From assembly GCA_000512085.1 (NCBI GenBank), contig ASPP01000688.1:1-36350 (forward strand): a DNA stretch of 36,350 nt. The letters are read 5' to 3'. A program made the position numbers and the translations under genes. This document shows positions 10,696 through 24,200 of the stretch, piece after piece (within the stretch, counting starts at the first letter, position 1; each line of letters starts with the position of its first letter). The notes beneath the pieces were generated by a model. That model searched no databases. It was not told the DNA's origin and worked only from the letters and a program-made list of their open reading frames with translations. Source of the stretch: Reticulomyxa filosa (lineage: Eukaryota > Protista > Foraminifera).

Positions 10696-11134
10696 AATGT
10701 GGGACACACCTTTTACGTGAAAGAATCTCCCTTTGCTGTCTTTTTTGTACAACACATATTAAATAGCTTGGTGGCAGTGCTCTTCATAAATTTAAATGTT
10801 GAAAAATTTGGAAATCAATTAAAGTTGATTTTGCTTGATAGAAATTAAATTTTTATTTTTTGATATTCACTTCTTTTGAAGAAAGGGCAAGGAACACACA
10901 AATACCGAGATAGTATCTCCTGTGTCTTTTCTGAGTTTATTGTCTTTGAGGATACAACACAAAAAGGGAAAAAAACTAAAAGAAATATTTCCAGTTCCAA
11001 CATCAAACTATTTTCCATTGGGACTGTTCAGGTGGCGATTTTTGTGTTTCACTGACATTTTATCAAAAGATAAAAAAAACAAAATAAAACAACCTCTTAA
11101 ATTCAGGACCTTCTTTCAAGAATACGTACCAACC

Positions 11135-11533
11135 ATGCCACACAAAACACCGCAAGATCTGCAAAAAAAATTGGCCGAAAAGAACGACCTGGAAAATGAG
11201 TTAAAAATGCTCGACAGCACGGAAAAACCAGAAGAAGCCGCCAAAGAGATAATGAGCTTTGTTCTTAACGGAAAGGAGCCCTTGTTGGATGATGATAATC
11301 CTTACAGACCATCACGTGGTGATTGTTGCGAAAAATGCATAATGTTTAGTATTTTACATCAATTAAAAACTTTTCCCTCTTGTTTCCTTTTTACTCTCTG
11401 CTTCTTCTCTTTTCCTTCAAAATGTTAATAATTTCTTTAGGATTCACTCCATTACTTTCAAAACTGTAAGGCACAATACAACGGGGGTGTTTTTATTTGT
11501 ATATATGTGTCTGGATTTGGATGTAGCATGTAA
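11135..11533 (+). CDS. Heterotrimeric G-protein gamma subunit (GGL domain, 71 aa; exons 11135-11343, 11527-11533)
   Basis: Coiled-coil N-terminus, EAAKEIMSFV, EPLL (DPLL-like) and NPY (NPF-like) motifs. Splicing GTTTAG 11344 to TAG 11526 gives the C-terminus CCEKCIIM-stop, a CaaX prenylation box. Confidence 0.85.
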
Positions 11534-12250
11534 AAATCGAAGAAGTGAAAGAAGAAATAACAACCCTGAGAGAAAGAACACAACAAAAACAAGACAAAAA
11601 AAGAAACTAAAAGAATGAATTTGTCCAAACGGATTTTTTGAGTTTGACTGTTCGTATTACTTTTTTTGTTTTGTTTTTGAAAACGGCTGTCATTGTAAAA
11701 TTCAAAAAGAACCCATATTCAAGGAAAAAAATCATTGTGAGGTTCTTCCGTTTTTCGAAATAATATTACTTGCTCAAAGTACTTGGGAGGGCTTTCTGGA
11801 CGTATTGTCTCGTCTCCATAAAAAAAAAGTTAATATCCGGAAACAAACGTTCAATTTAAAGTTCCCCTATTTTCATAGCATATCCAACTTAACAAAAATT
11901 GTTCACCTTGTCTTTTTTTTACAGATATTTTCAGGTTATTTTAAATAATAACGATAATTAGCAATAGTTTCTTGTATACATTTATAAGACACGAGAAAAA
12001 TAACGTGCAGAGATGACGAAGCAACGCCAATTTGATTGTAGCTTCCGCAAAATATCTCAATTTGTTATATTCAAAGCGAACACTTTTTTAAAGTATACAT
12101 TTTTGATGCATGATCGTTGTTATGATCAAACCTGGATCGCTTTGGAAAAAATATTGAACAAGTTTTTGAAAACGAGCTGATTGTTTTTCAACATTTTGCG
12201 TTATTTTTATCCCAAAAAAAAAGGTTGTGACAAGTGTAAGGAGAAAAGGC

Positions 12251-13436
12251 TTAGATGCTAGGAGAATTATAGTTCCACTGTGCGCAATAAAATGCTCGTT
12301 CAATAAAAATTCGATCAGTTTTCCAATCCAAGCAAACACAAAACAACCATTTATCACCCTCAGGAAAGGCATTCTCAACGGAACAAATATAACGCAAATT
12401 ATTATAAATAGTCATTTGACGAGCATTAGTGTCAATAATAAACGATAACCAATCACCAGAAGTGTAATGAGGTAGTCCTCGTTTAACCAGCTGTTTTGAT
12501 GTTTGTATGGAGCCCGCCGGTCCGTCATCGCTATCATCCCAAATTTCAGAATCCCAAGTTTTAGTGATTGAAGACTCTCGCCCACCATAATACATCAATG
12601 TATGTTGCTGACATCTGAACAAGTTTGTCATATGTTTTTGGAATTTGATGATGAAAGCAAATAACAACAAAAAAAAAAACGGAAAAACAAAAAAACATTA
12701 CCTCGGAAAAGTCAAAGGTAGAAATTTGTCAAAATCGAATAATCCCATCCACATTTCATCTCCCTTGGATCGGACTAGTATGTCAATGCGATGGATGCCA
12801 GTGTCGGCTTCAAACACAGGCATTGCATTAACAAATATATGGTCCATGTATCCTGGAGCCATTGCATACTCGACCCATTCCTTGTTTTCACTGATTGCCA
12901 CATATTGTTCATTGATTTTTTCGCGAGAAAATAGACTAACGTCCCATTGCAAGCCCGAGGCTGTTAAAAAAAAAAGGGTACATTTTTTTTTTTTGGAGAG
13001 GAGAGGAGCAATTTGGAATACCAGGATTGGGCTTAGAATTAAGACCAGCAAATTCATAGATACAACCCACTATGCCCGACTCAAACGTCTCTTCATCTCC
13101 AATGTATTTTACTACCATTGATTGAATGAATTGCTGCATTGTTTCGTAATAACCTTCGTTGGGCGAATAGACAAAAGTTGCCATTAAAAACAATAGATCA
13201 CATCGTAGGAGATTGTTGGTCATTACAGTCGTTTCTCTTGTCTTCTCTCGTCTTAAATATCTTTTCGGTTGAATTGGGGACCATAAGTTCATCTCAATGA
13301 ACGCGTTGTTTAACAAAAAGTATACTTCCACGAACGACGGAAGATATTCGTGGCTTATGTTCACTTTTGAAAATTGTTGTAAAAACCATTGCGCTCTCTT
13401 ACTTGTTTTTTCCGTCTCTTGCAGCTCTGACTTCAT
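12251..13436 (-). CDS. Hypothetical protein with a C-terminal SPRY/B30.2-like beta domain (exons 13436-13022, 12960-12702, 12614-12251; ~345 aa)
   Basis: Two in-phase GT-AG introns join three ORFs. GIHRIDILV...MWMGL...LPHYTSGDWLSFIIDTNARQMTIYNN...LFCVCL has the SPRY-like pattern. Confidence 0.7.
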
Positions 13437-13780
13437 AATGTTTTGAGTTTTTTTTCATTTAAAAGTTGAAATCGTTTCTTCTTTTATATATTTCGTAAAG
13501 TTGCTGCTACTATTTGATGCAAAATAAAAGTCTTGATAATTTTGAACAATTTTGCTAGACAGATAGAAAAATTTTCTTGTTGATAAAAGTTAAAACTGAT
13601 ATACCAATTAATATAAACGTGTTACAAAAGTAGATTTTAAACTTAAATACTTGCGTTTATGCGGTGGTTAAATGTTAGGGATAAAACTTTTTTTTATCTT
13701 CAGGACCTAATTTGAGATTACTTGTGGCAGCGACCCTCAATATATAAAATAAATAATAGTCCATTCTTTGCATATCAAAG

Positions 13781-15183
13781 ATGGCAGATCAACATTATCA
13801 GATAACGACCCATTCTATTTCAAATGCAGCGTCAATTGAAACTACAAATGCAATACAGAGGAAGGAACAAGCAAACGAGGAAAGTAACCGGAACGAAGGA
13901 ACCACAAATGTGAACAAAGAGAGAAAAGAACCCCACGAAACATCCAAAGTACAAAAAGAATTATTGCTATCACATGGGCCCCCTCTGTTACCTTACCACC
14001 CAACCGTCAGTTTGGAGGTGTGTCACTATGTCACTTCCGCTTTGCCTTTGAAGCCAAATGCAAACCAACTCACTTTTTTTGTTTTTTTTGCATTTTTATC
14101 ACATTAAAAAAAAAAAAATTGATTGAAACAACCAAGAAACACACGCACACGCGCACAATCAACTAAACAAGTAACAGCAATAATAATAATAAAAAAGAAG
14201 TGTATTGTTCTTTTAAATTTGTGTGTGTGTGTGTGTGGGGAAAACAAGGAGATAAGCAACAATGAAGCAATGGAAAATCCAGAGGGATTACTAAAGAGCA
14301 AATTGGAAGATTATAGCAGTGACGAAAATACCCCATTGTTCAGTTTTCTCTTGCATCTGTTTGGATCAAATTCAATGTACCATTCCTTACACATTTTTCT
14401 TGTTTCATGGTCAGAGATCAAGTACAAGCTCCTTTTGAATCGAGACGCCATCATCTAAGAGATGCTGGTTGGCTTGTATTTTTTAAATTATTCATTTCAA
14501 TGTTGTTTTTTTTTTTTTAACAAACAAACAAACAAGAAAGAGTAAAGCCTTGACTTTGGACTTTTGATCCATTTGCACAAAAAAAAAAAGTGGCGTATAT
14601 GTACCCTATATCACACATACACACAGGAAACGAAAGAAAAAACGGCGGTATTGAACGCATTGAAATAGGCGACTCGGAGAGCGAAGATGCAAAGAAACAA
14701 GGAAAAGAAGAAGAAAGAAGAGGAAGAGGAGCAAATAACGAACAGCAACCAAATCACCGACATTCTCATATAAACAACAACAATAATAATAACAATAACA
14801 ATAACAACAACAACAACAATCTGGGCATAAACATGAACAATAATAACGATGACGATGACGATGATGAAGATGCAGTGGAAGAAGGGGATGATGACGACGA
14901 TGACGACGACGAGGATGCAGAGGAGGAGGAAGACGTCGAGGACGAAGAGGAAGAGGAAGAGGACGGTGATGATGATGATGACGATGAAAAAGAGGAACAA
15001 AACAACAGCAGTCATGAAAACAACGACGGAGGTGAAAGAGGTGCGCAAGAAGACGAGGAGGAAGAAGAAGAGGAAGAGGAAACCGCCGTGGAAGAAGAAG
15101 ATGACGAAGAAGAAGCAGAGGCCACCTTGTCGTCATTTGCCAATCGAAACAAAGATGAACAAGATGAACAAGAAGAAGAAGAA

Positions 15184-15215
<32 letters not shown>

Positions 15216-18200
15216 AGATGGTGATGGTGAAGAAAAGATGCATGAAGAAGGAGAAGAAGGAGAAGAGGAAAAAAAACAAGAAATAGAATGGTCACAGGCA
15301 AGACCTAATCGACAACTTCGAAAAGGTGGAAACTTTGATTTTGATGGAAGACGTGGAATCACACAAAGGAAACGTCCTCACAAAGGTATATCATACATAT
15401 ACATATATATATATATATTTTTTTTTTTTTTGTTTGGATGACAAGATTATATATTAGCTGTTTCAAAAAATAACACTTTGCGACTTGCACAGAGAATTGC
15501 TATCCCCATGAAACAGATCCAGGACAATGGAAAATAATAAACGAAAATGACATGGAATCTTACTACAAAAGTTATCAGAAGAAATATGGTATCAATTTCT
15601 ATCAAATGTACAACGATTGCTTTCACATCGATACCAAGGACTTTCACTTTCAATGTAGGCTTCTTTTTGTTGTTATTGTTGATTCTATTTTCCACAAATT
15701 AACAACATACATATTATTATAATTATTATAATTTTTTTTTTTTTTTGGTATTGAAATTGTTACAAAGCATACCCCGACAACTTGCCATTTTACATTTTCT
15801 GGAAAGAAATACAGCGATGGGCCAACTTAGCAAGTTTATTATTATTATTTTGTGTGTGTGTGTAAGCATTTTCGATTCTTTTCTGTTTGCAAATCCAGTT
15901 TGTAATGCGTACATGCGTGTACATTTGTGCATGTATGTGTGAATATATAAAAAGAGCAAGAAGAGGCAATAAATGAAATAATTGACAACACTGATCGCTT
16001 GTTGGCAACATTCCGCACATGGCTGCGTGCGTTCATAGGTCGAACGAGAGGATGGACGATCTCACCACAGATCTATATCTTGTTCCTTCACTGTTGCAAA
16101 GTTTGGCGTTGTTTGTTTTCCTGCATTCACTTTAAGTGAATTGATTTGAGAGTGAGGGAGGACACCACAAACAAAATAAAACAAAATAATTGGAAAGGAC
16201 ATGGCGGAGAGTATAAATGTGATATTTGGAAGTCATTGCTACTATTCCCACGTCTTGACATCCTACTGTTACATTATGCAAGCCACTGGAATATCTCGAT
16301 ACAATTCTCATACATCTCGCAATGGTACAAAGAAAGAAGACCATCTTTTGTTGTATTGTGAGAGTACATTGCATTTCTATTTATTTGCTTGTTTGTTTGT
16401 CTACTTGATATGCGCTTCGACACGCAATTGCGACTGGGGGGGGAGGAAAAGGCGAGGAACAGCCAAGAGAAAGCGCAGTTTTATACCGATCGACAAAGGT
16501 GAAGAACGCATGGGACCAACTCCATTTCAATGCGTATGCACGTTTTGGTGGCGAGGTGCTATACCGGCCCTATCAAGCTGCCTTTGTCGCAGCTGTGTTG
16601 ACGTTGCGTCGGACTTTTTGTTCACTTTTATATAAAACAACAAAGCAAGCAAAGAATAGTCGAGTCACATGTGTGTGTATATGTGTGTGTGTGACTTATA
16701 CTATCAAATGTCAAAACATAGGTCTTCGAATGGGTTACAAAATTTGCTCAACGGTGTGAATGGAATCATGTTGTGGTATGATGATCAATGTCGATCACTT
16801 GAAAATGAAGAAGACACCGAACTCCAATTTTTGGCCAAGACCATCCAAGTATTATTATTATTATTATTACTATTATTATTATTATTATTTTTTTTTTTGT
16901 CATTAAAACATCATATAACATATCCTACAAACAATACAACAAAAAGCATTATTGCAAAGAGAACAAATTTGCGGAATTGGCAACAATGTACAAGAACATT
17001 AGAACCGTTGTATTACCGCGTCAATGGAGCGCGCCAAGTCGCATCGAAGAGATGGTCACGTTGGTGTACGAATTTGCTCGTTTGTTGAGAGGACCCCAAC
17101 TCACGAGATTTGTTTTGGACTTTGCCAACACTTTTTCCCAAAATTTCTCGGCTTTTCCAAATGTATGTTTTTCTCTCTCTTTTTTCAATGAGCTTGGAGA
17201 CATACAATTTACAAATGGAAAAAAAAAAGGCCTTGATGCGACACTTCCACGAACACGAAACTGGCAATAATGGCGCTTCCCCTGTCGTATCCTATCATCA
17301 CAATCTCTACACAACACATCAATACATGAGCAAAGTATTCCAGTGTTATCAACACACTTTATCGTTGTGCTACAATTCTCACACTTGTCCTGAAGAAGTC
17401 TCCCGGTTTTGTTTATTTATTTATTTTTTATCTTTTGTTTGTTTGAAAGTGAAAGCAAAAAATAACAACAAAAAGAGTGGTGGAATTGCTGCGGATTGAA
17501 CTGGCAATGAAACAACTACGTTGTCCAACCATCAATTTGCGATTGGATGGACTGTCGATCATTCAACGCACAATCGATCAGCTTCCAAGATATCGCGATG
17601 AAGACGATTATTTCTCTAAGGTTTGCTCTACCATTCCTCTTTTAAATTGTTTTGCTTTGAAGAGGAGGGTATTGTTTGGTTCAATGCATTAGCTTGACTT
17701 ATGTTGTGACATCACTCAAACAGAGATATATAGATAGCCCTTACTCACATTCGCGGAAACGGAATCAATCTATCCTCTGGATGAATGAAGAACGATTGGC
17801 AAGTTTGCTGGAATTTCACGACTTTGTTGGTGTGGTGTTCGGTGCTGATGCCAATCCGCAACTGATTCAGAAATCCATTCTGGTGTTGAAATTTCTGGCT
17901 TCCGCAGGCAAATTGAGTGACATGGATCTGACAAAAGTTTGGGAATCGAGTCAAGGGAAGCACGAGAGTCATGTGGAAACCATTTATCGATTGCTCTTTG
18001 GAATTGCAAACACATTGTCCAAAGATAAATCTGAGTCTCTGCTGCGGCAAATCGTCGAACATGTGCCTTTGCACACCTTTGACCTGCGCTTGCTTGATTT
18101 GTGGACCGAAATCACACAAACCACTTGTCCATCTGTCACTTATGTCCCGCAGCTAGATTTCAAGTTTTTTTTATCGATTTAACACACACACACACATATA

Positions 18201-21200
18201 TTCAGACATATATCATCTTATGCATATAACACGCTTGTGTATGCGTATTGTATGTATACTTACGTGAAGTTCGGCATCAAAAAGCGAATTGCCTTTTGGA
18301 TTGGATATACTGTGGCAAATGTTTGTTCACAGTTGAGTCTTTTTATTTTTATTTTGTTTTAATGCTTGCTCTGACAAATGCACAATGAAATAATCAAAAC
18401 AATGTGAGTCAGATGAAATTACATTTTCAATGCGACTGAATGTTGCTGAAAGATTAGTGAAATTGCTGTCCTCGCCCGATTATATACATTTACAACGAAC
18501 TGTACTATTTTTTGTAGTGCCAATCTTACCAATAATTTTTACACTGGATTGACACTTCGATTAGTTCGTGGTCTTTTTGCCAAAACTGTCGAAAATATAA
18601 TGCTCGTTTAGTGCTTTGACTTTCTCTCTCTCTCTCTCTTGGATGTTTTTGTGTGGAATTGAAAACAAATGATGTATATGCTGTGCATGATTGCTTGTTA
18701 ATGAAGCAATTGACGCAATTGAACGGATATTTGCAAGAATTCCAAAACTTTGTAATGTTGAACATGTATAACCCATTGAAACAAAACATTTTCAATTCGG
18801 GTTCCTCTCATTTTATCCTCACCACCTCTTCTGAAGTTGATTCCATTCTTTTTTTTCCCCCCTGCCCCCCAATTAAACGTACACTCATCCTTTTCCTATG
18901 TTTTTTTCTTGTTAGGAAGAAAAATACGAATCAAAAGAAGAAAAAAAAAGTGAAACAAAGAAAAGGATACAAGAAAGCGTGACGGAATTGCAACAAAAAC
19001 TACTGTTTTTTGATTTTTGCTTGCGCATTTGTAATGCGACAATCCGCAAAGAAGATATCCACAAAATTTGGAATGAATTTGTGTTAAGAGAGGCAGATCC
19101 AATCAAACAAGCGTTTTTAGAATTTTTTCAAAATGCAATTGATTGTGAATGCGTGTTGAGGACCCATTTTACTTTGAGAAATATTTTGGCATCCAATGGC
19201 GAAATGATTACAGATCCTCCCAAATTTGACTCGCAATCACTGGTGCATCAATTTAACAAAGAATCATTTAGCGAGGGCGTCATTCGATACATTATCAAAG
19301 CGTTGTTGCCGACATTGTCATTCAAACAAATGATACAATCGGAATTTAATGTGTGGAAAGACTATTTCACATGGGTGAATGTTAAAGATGGCCATTTCCA
19401 TTTTCGTACGATCGGTGAGTCCTGTTACATCCTTTACGACACCAAAGTCGATGGCTTGAGCTCGTTGTGGGAAATCATCTTCCAAGCGCAAAACTCCAAT
19501 GTCAGTCAAATGGCACAAAGTCTGCTGAAAAATATCCACACGCATTTAGATCCCACTGTCAACGTATTACAATTGTATGAAAACTTTGTCGCTGTTTGTA
19601 TGAATCACGCCAACCACGCCAAAGCGATGTCGTTGTCATCACAAGATCTATCCGGTACGTTTAGTCAAACGACTTCTGATGACAATAACAACAGTAATGG
19701 CAATAATAGTAGCAATAACAGGAATAACAACAATAACAGCAACGATGAATGTGATTCATTTTCGTCCTCTTTAATCCCAAAATCGAATCGCATCAAACTT
19801 TATTGTACAACAAATGAAGAAGCCAAGACCATTATACAGCGATGTTTCCAATGTTTAAATATGGCCATTTGTAATGTTCGGTTTAATATTTACTTTATTT
19901 ATTTATTTATTTTTTTTATAGTTTGCTACAAATATGATGTTGTACATGACGTATACGTTGTCTAGTTTCGGCCAGCACCAGCGACCCAAGTCTGCTTGTC
20001 AGTGAACGTAATTTACAAGAGTCAAAAGAGCCTCTCGAAGTCACTAAGATTGAAACTGCCAGTCACGGCGACCTTAGATTCGGTTTTATCCGAGGTGGTG
20101 AGCCAATTCCACATCGATCAACGCTATCCTATTGAATTCGTGTCAGGGGTCAAATTGACCGATTACCAAAAGGAATTGCGTCAGCTATTTGCGGACAAAT
20201 TGATAACGCCCAATGGATCTAGAGAGGGTAACGTACCCACAATCGCCATGAGATTGTGATTGATGACCGTATCACAAGTCACGAAGCGATAATAACTTCA
20301 CCACCGCCCGCAGAGAGAAAGATGCCCGTTCATAAGCCCGTGTCCCCCGATCGTGCCGAAGACGATGGTTCGGTCATCGCCCAGCCTTCACCCTCACCGT
20401 CACCAGGACCGCATCAACCCGCCAACCACGACACGACGGGAGGGTCCGACTCGGCTATGCAAAGTGCACACATGATGGAAAAGGAACGTACGCGACAAGT
20501 CTTGAATTCGTCGGGCCAGGGGATGGAACAAAAGAGTGAGCACGAAGACCCCATGATCAAAGAAATCGACAGCACGGAAACGGGCATGAACATAGGTGCG
20601 AGTGTGGATGAAGATCGAGGTCCTGATCGAGATGAAATTGATTCGGATGATCCGTCGCTCTCGCAAATCCAGACCTTGGGAAGCGAGAGCAAGAATAGGG
20701 ACCAATTGGCATTGGTATTGCGACAACCGTCCACCGAAGAGGAGGAAGAGGAAGAAGAAGAAGAGGAGACCAACGAAAATCTTCTTTTGTCTCAGGACAA
20801 ACCTTTTCATAACGAAGAGGAATATCAACAGGAGATTCATCCGATCCATATCCTTGCAAAAAATCAGTACTTTGACGATTTGTTCCGCTTCTTGCAATAT
20901 CCTGACGACGCAATTGCGCATGAGGCCTGGAAGATATTGCAGCACTTGCCCGTGAATCGCCATCACTTTGATATCATCCAAAAGATGAAACCCGAGTGGA
21001 TCAAGTACTTTGATAGCAGATACAACCCATTGCTGACCGCACGCTATGCGTTAAATATCATCTATCAACTCGCGTACGAGGAAGGGCCCTTTATCAACGA
21101 CCGAAGGTCTTGCAGTGTTTGGCTGCGAACTTTTGTGTCCAGTCGAGGTCTTGTGCCACTGCTCGAACTGGCATTGAAAACCAACGTGGTTGGCGTCTTC

Positions 21201-24200
21201 AAAACAAAGGATCGAAGCGATCCGGAAATGGCCTACTTTGCCGTTGTCACGACGTTGTTGGAGACAATCATCGAATACATGGGCGACATTCTGCAAAAGC
21301 AACATCAATCTTTGCAATTAATACTATCCGCGCAATTTGTGAACCACCTTTTCAATATGATATTTGTGCTGTCCAGCTTCAACGAGGATATGACAGATCA
21401 CGACGCAAAGGATGACACTTGGAGGGATACCACTAACACCGGGGTATACGGACCGCATTTACCCTCACTCCAAATGCACGACTGTAATCCCATGCATTCG
21501 AGAGAAAAGCGCAATACCTGGAATTACGTGACCAACGACCTATTGCTAAGCTATGCGATACGTTGTTTAGGACTAATTGAATTTGTGTTGCTTCATGATG
21601 TCAACAAGACGATACTTAATCATATTTTAAACGCCGATTTGTGCTCGTGGCTATTTCAAGTACTGCTTCAATGTTCCAATCATACGTTGAAATGTCAAAT
21701 CAAACGTCGCTTGCTTCTAATGCTGACCAAGTATTTTCCGTTGGGAGAGACTGCCTCCAAAATTATGACGTCGAATCTCCCCAAAAAAATTCCAAAACAA
21801 AACGAAGCTTTTTCTGAGAAAGCCATACAAGAAACGCTTTTGCCACGATTGCAATCGCTCGCGGATAACACGCAGGATCCAAGCTTACATTTCAAGTTTT
21901 TGAAATGTGGCTTAAGTTTGTTGGGATTAGATGTACCGACGGGCTCAATCGGAATCGAAAAAGAAAAACCTCTGAAAATTGTCGATCAATACAAGTTTCA
22001 ATGCTTTTTTTTATTGCGACTGATCATTCGATTGTTGGAAGATTTGTGCTCTACTTTTGCCGTGCTCGTCAAATACCCCGACTTAAAAGTTTGGCTTTGA
22101 ATATTCATTTGATTGTCTTGTTTGTTACGTCTCTTTGTAGACACAGAGAGGAAGGAACAGACGATAATAATACCAACAACAAAACAGAGCAAAGTGGTGG
22201 GAGGATTGACACGAGTCGAATGCGTGACCAACGATATGACATGGGATGACCTATTTGTGAAATTTGTTAAGTACTTGGAATCGTATCCCGTGACCGAGTC
22301 ATCTTTGGATGCACCAAAGGCCGAAGCATTGTTAACACATTGCGACCATTGTGAAAAGTTGTGCTTTTCGTGGTGGATTTGTACCGACACCAAAGAATCC
22401 CCACAAGGAGATCAATGTCTTCAGGGATCCATGGTCATGGCCCATTTGATTCTCACTCATGTCCCAAATATCAAACAAACTGTACTGTCCAAATGCAATT
22501 TGACAGCATTTATTGATTTCTTGTATTCCAAAGGGCTATTCCCCGACGTTCGACAACAAGTGGAACATGATAAAGGAGACATGTACTATCTTCCATTGTG
22601 TAAGCAGGTTGTGACACGAATGAATGCAGTAAATCTATTGTCGGAATTGGGAGAGGTGTCCCCACAGCACCATCAACACTTAATTCATATCATGATTTTG
22701 CATCACACAAATCAAAGAACCAACCAACACTTTTATGATCAAAATTGGTTTTATGCCAATCTGGTATCCCATCGATCCTTTGCAAGTTTTGTGTGCTTTC
22801 TTTATTTACTTTTTGCTTAATGTACGTATATACATATATGTATGTATATACATTATGTATGTGTATATATATGTAATATAATGCAATAGCGCATTGCGGA
22901 CTAACCAATTTGGGCGCAACATGTTATATGAATTCGTTAATGCAGCAATTGTATATGACTCCGGCATTCCGATTTTCAGTGCTCACTCGAAATTTACCGA
23001 GTATCTTGGACAAACATACTGAACACAAAGAAGAAACACAAAGTTACTTTTTCAAGTTTTTACTTTTCTGATCTTTGTTCTGAGTTTGTAAAACAATGTC
23101 GGTTGAATCCAATGCACAGAGGATCCGAAAGAAAAAGCTGAAGTGAAAATCGGAGATCCAAAAGAAAAAGTTGAAGTGAAAATCGGAGATCCAGATGATC
23201 CAAATTGTAATATGTTAGCACAGTTGCAAATGCTATTTTCGCATTTGCAGGTAAGCACAAACAGAATTAACAAATGATAGTACAATTATCCGTTAGTCCA
23301 TTTAAAAAAAAAACAAACATAAATCATACAAATGGTGCAATGTCGATAGGAATCAGACGTGAGATTTTATAATCCCAGGCCATTTTGTGATTCTTACAAA
23401 GTTCGTGGTGAACTAATGAATGTAAGGGTCCAAATGGATGTGGACGAGTTCTTTGCGACGTTTGCAGATAAATTGGAAAAACAGCTGCAATTTGACAATC
23501 ACGAAAAAGTGATTCAATACTTGTTTGGTGGGGTATTTGTGAATCAATTCTTTGGAAGGAAAGCTTGCCATCATTACAGGTGTTGTCAATTGTGTTTATT
23601 AGTGGTGCCACATATGAGCGCAACTTTGACACATGCACTTGCTTGTTGTTTTTTTCTTTGTATGCCAATAACAGAGAACGGTCAGAACCATTCATAACGT
23701 TGACCGTGGACGTACGGAACAAAGGAGACTTGGAAAAAAGTTTGGAGTCATTTGTGAAAGGGGAAATAATTGAAGATTACTACTGTGAGGTGTGTAAAAA
23801 TAAAACGGAGTTATTCAAACGAGTTTCTGTCAAAATCTTGCCACGACACTTGGTTATCCATTTGAAAAGATTCGAATTTGATGTTGAACATTTCATTCGG
23901 GTATTGTACACATATACGTATACACACATATATATGTTTGTATTCCTATGTGTGTATAACCTATGCATGTGCTTTATTGTCATTACAAAAAAGGCTAAAA
24001 TTAACGATCAGTTGTCGTTTTATCGCTATTTGGATATGGAACCATATATGCAACAAAGCTTGGAAAAAAAAGAAGAAAAAAAAGAAGAAAAAAAAGACGA
24101 GACCGATTTTTCCACAACGGATCCACACGAAAGAGAAGAATTGGAAAAGCAACACAAACAATGGGAGAATTTGTATGACGTGGAAGGTTCAACAATGTAT

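Noticed and set aside
14606-15362. Several long overlapping ORFs on both strands (poly-S, poly-L, poly-H)
   Set aside because: Shadow frames of the trinucleotide-repeat acidic exon.
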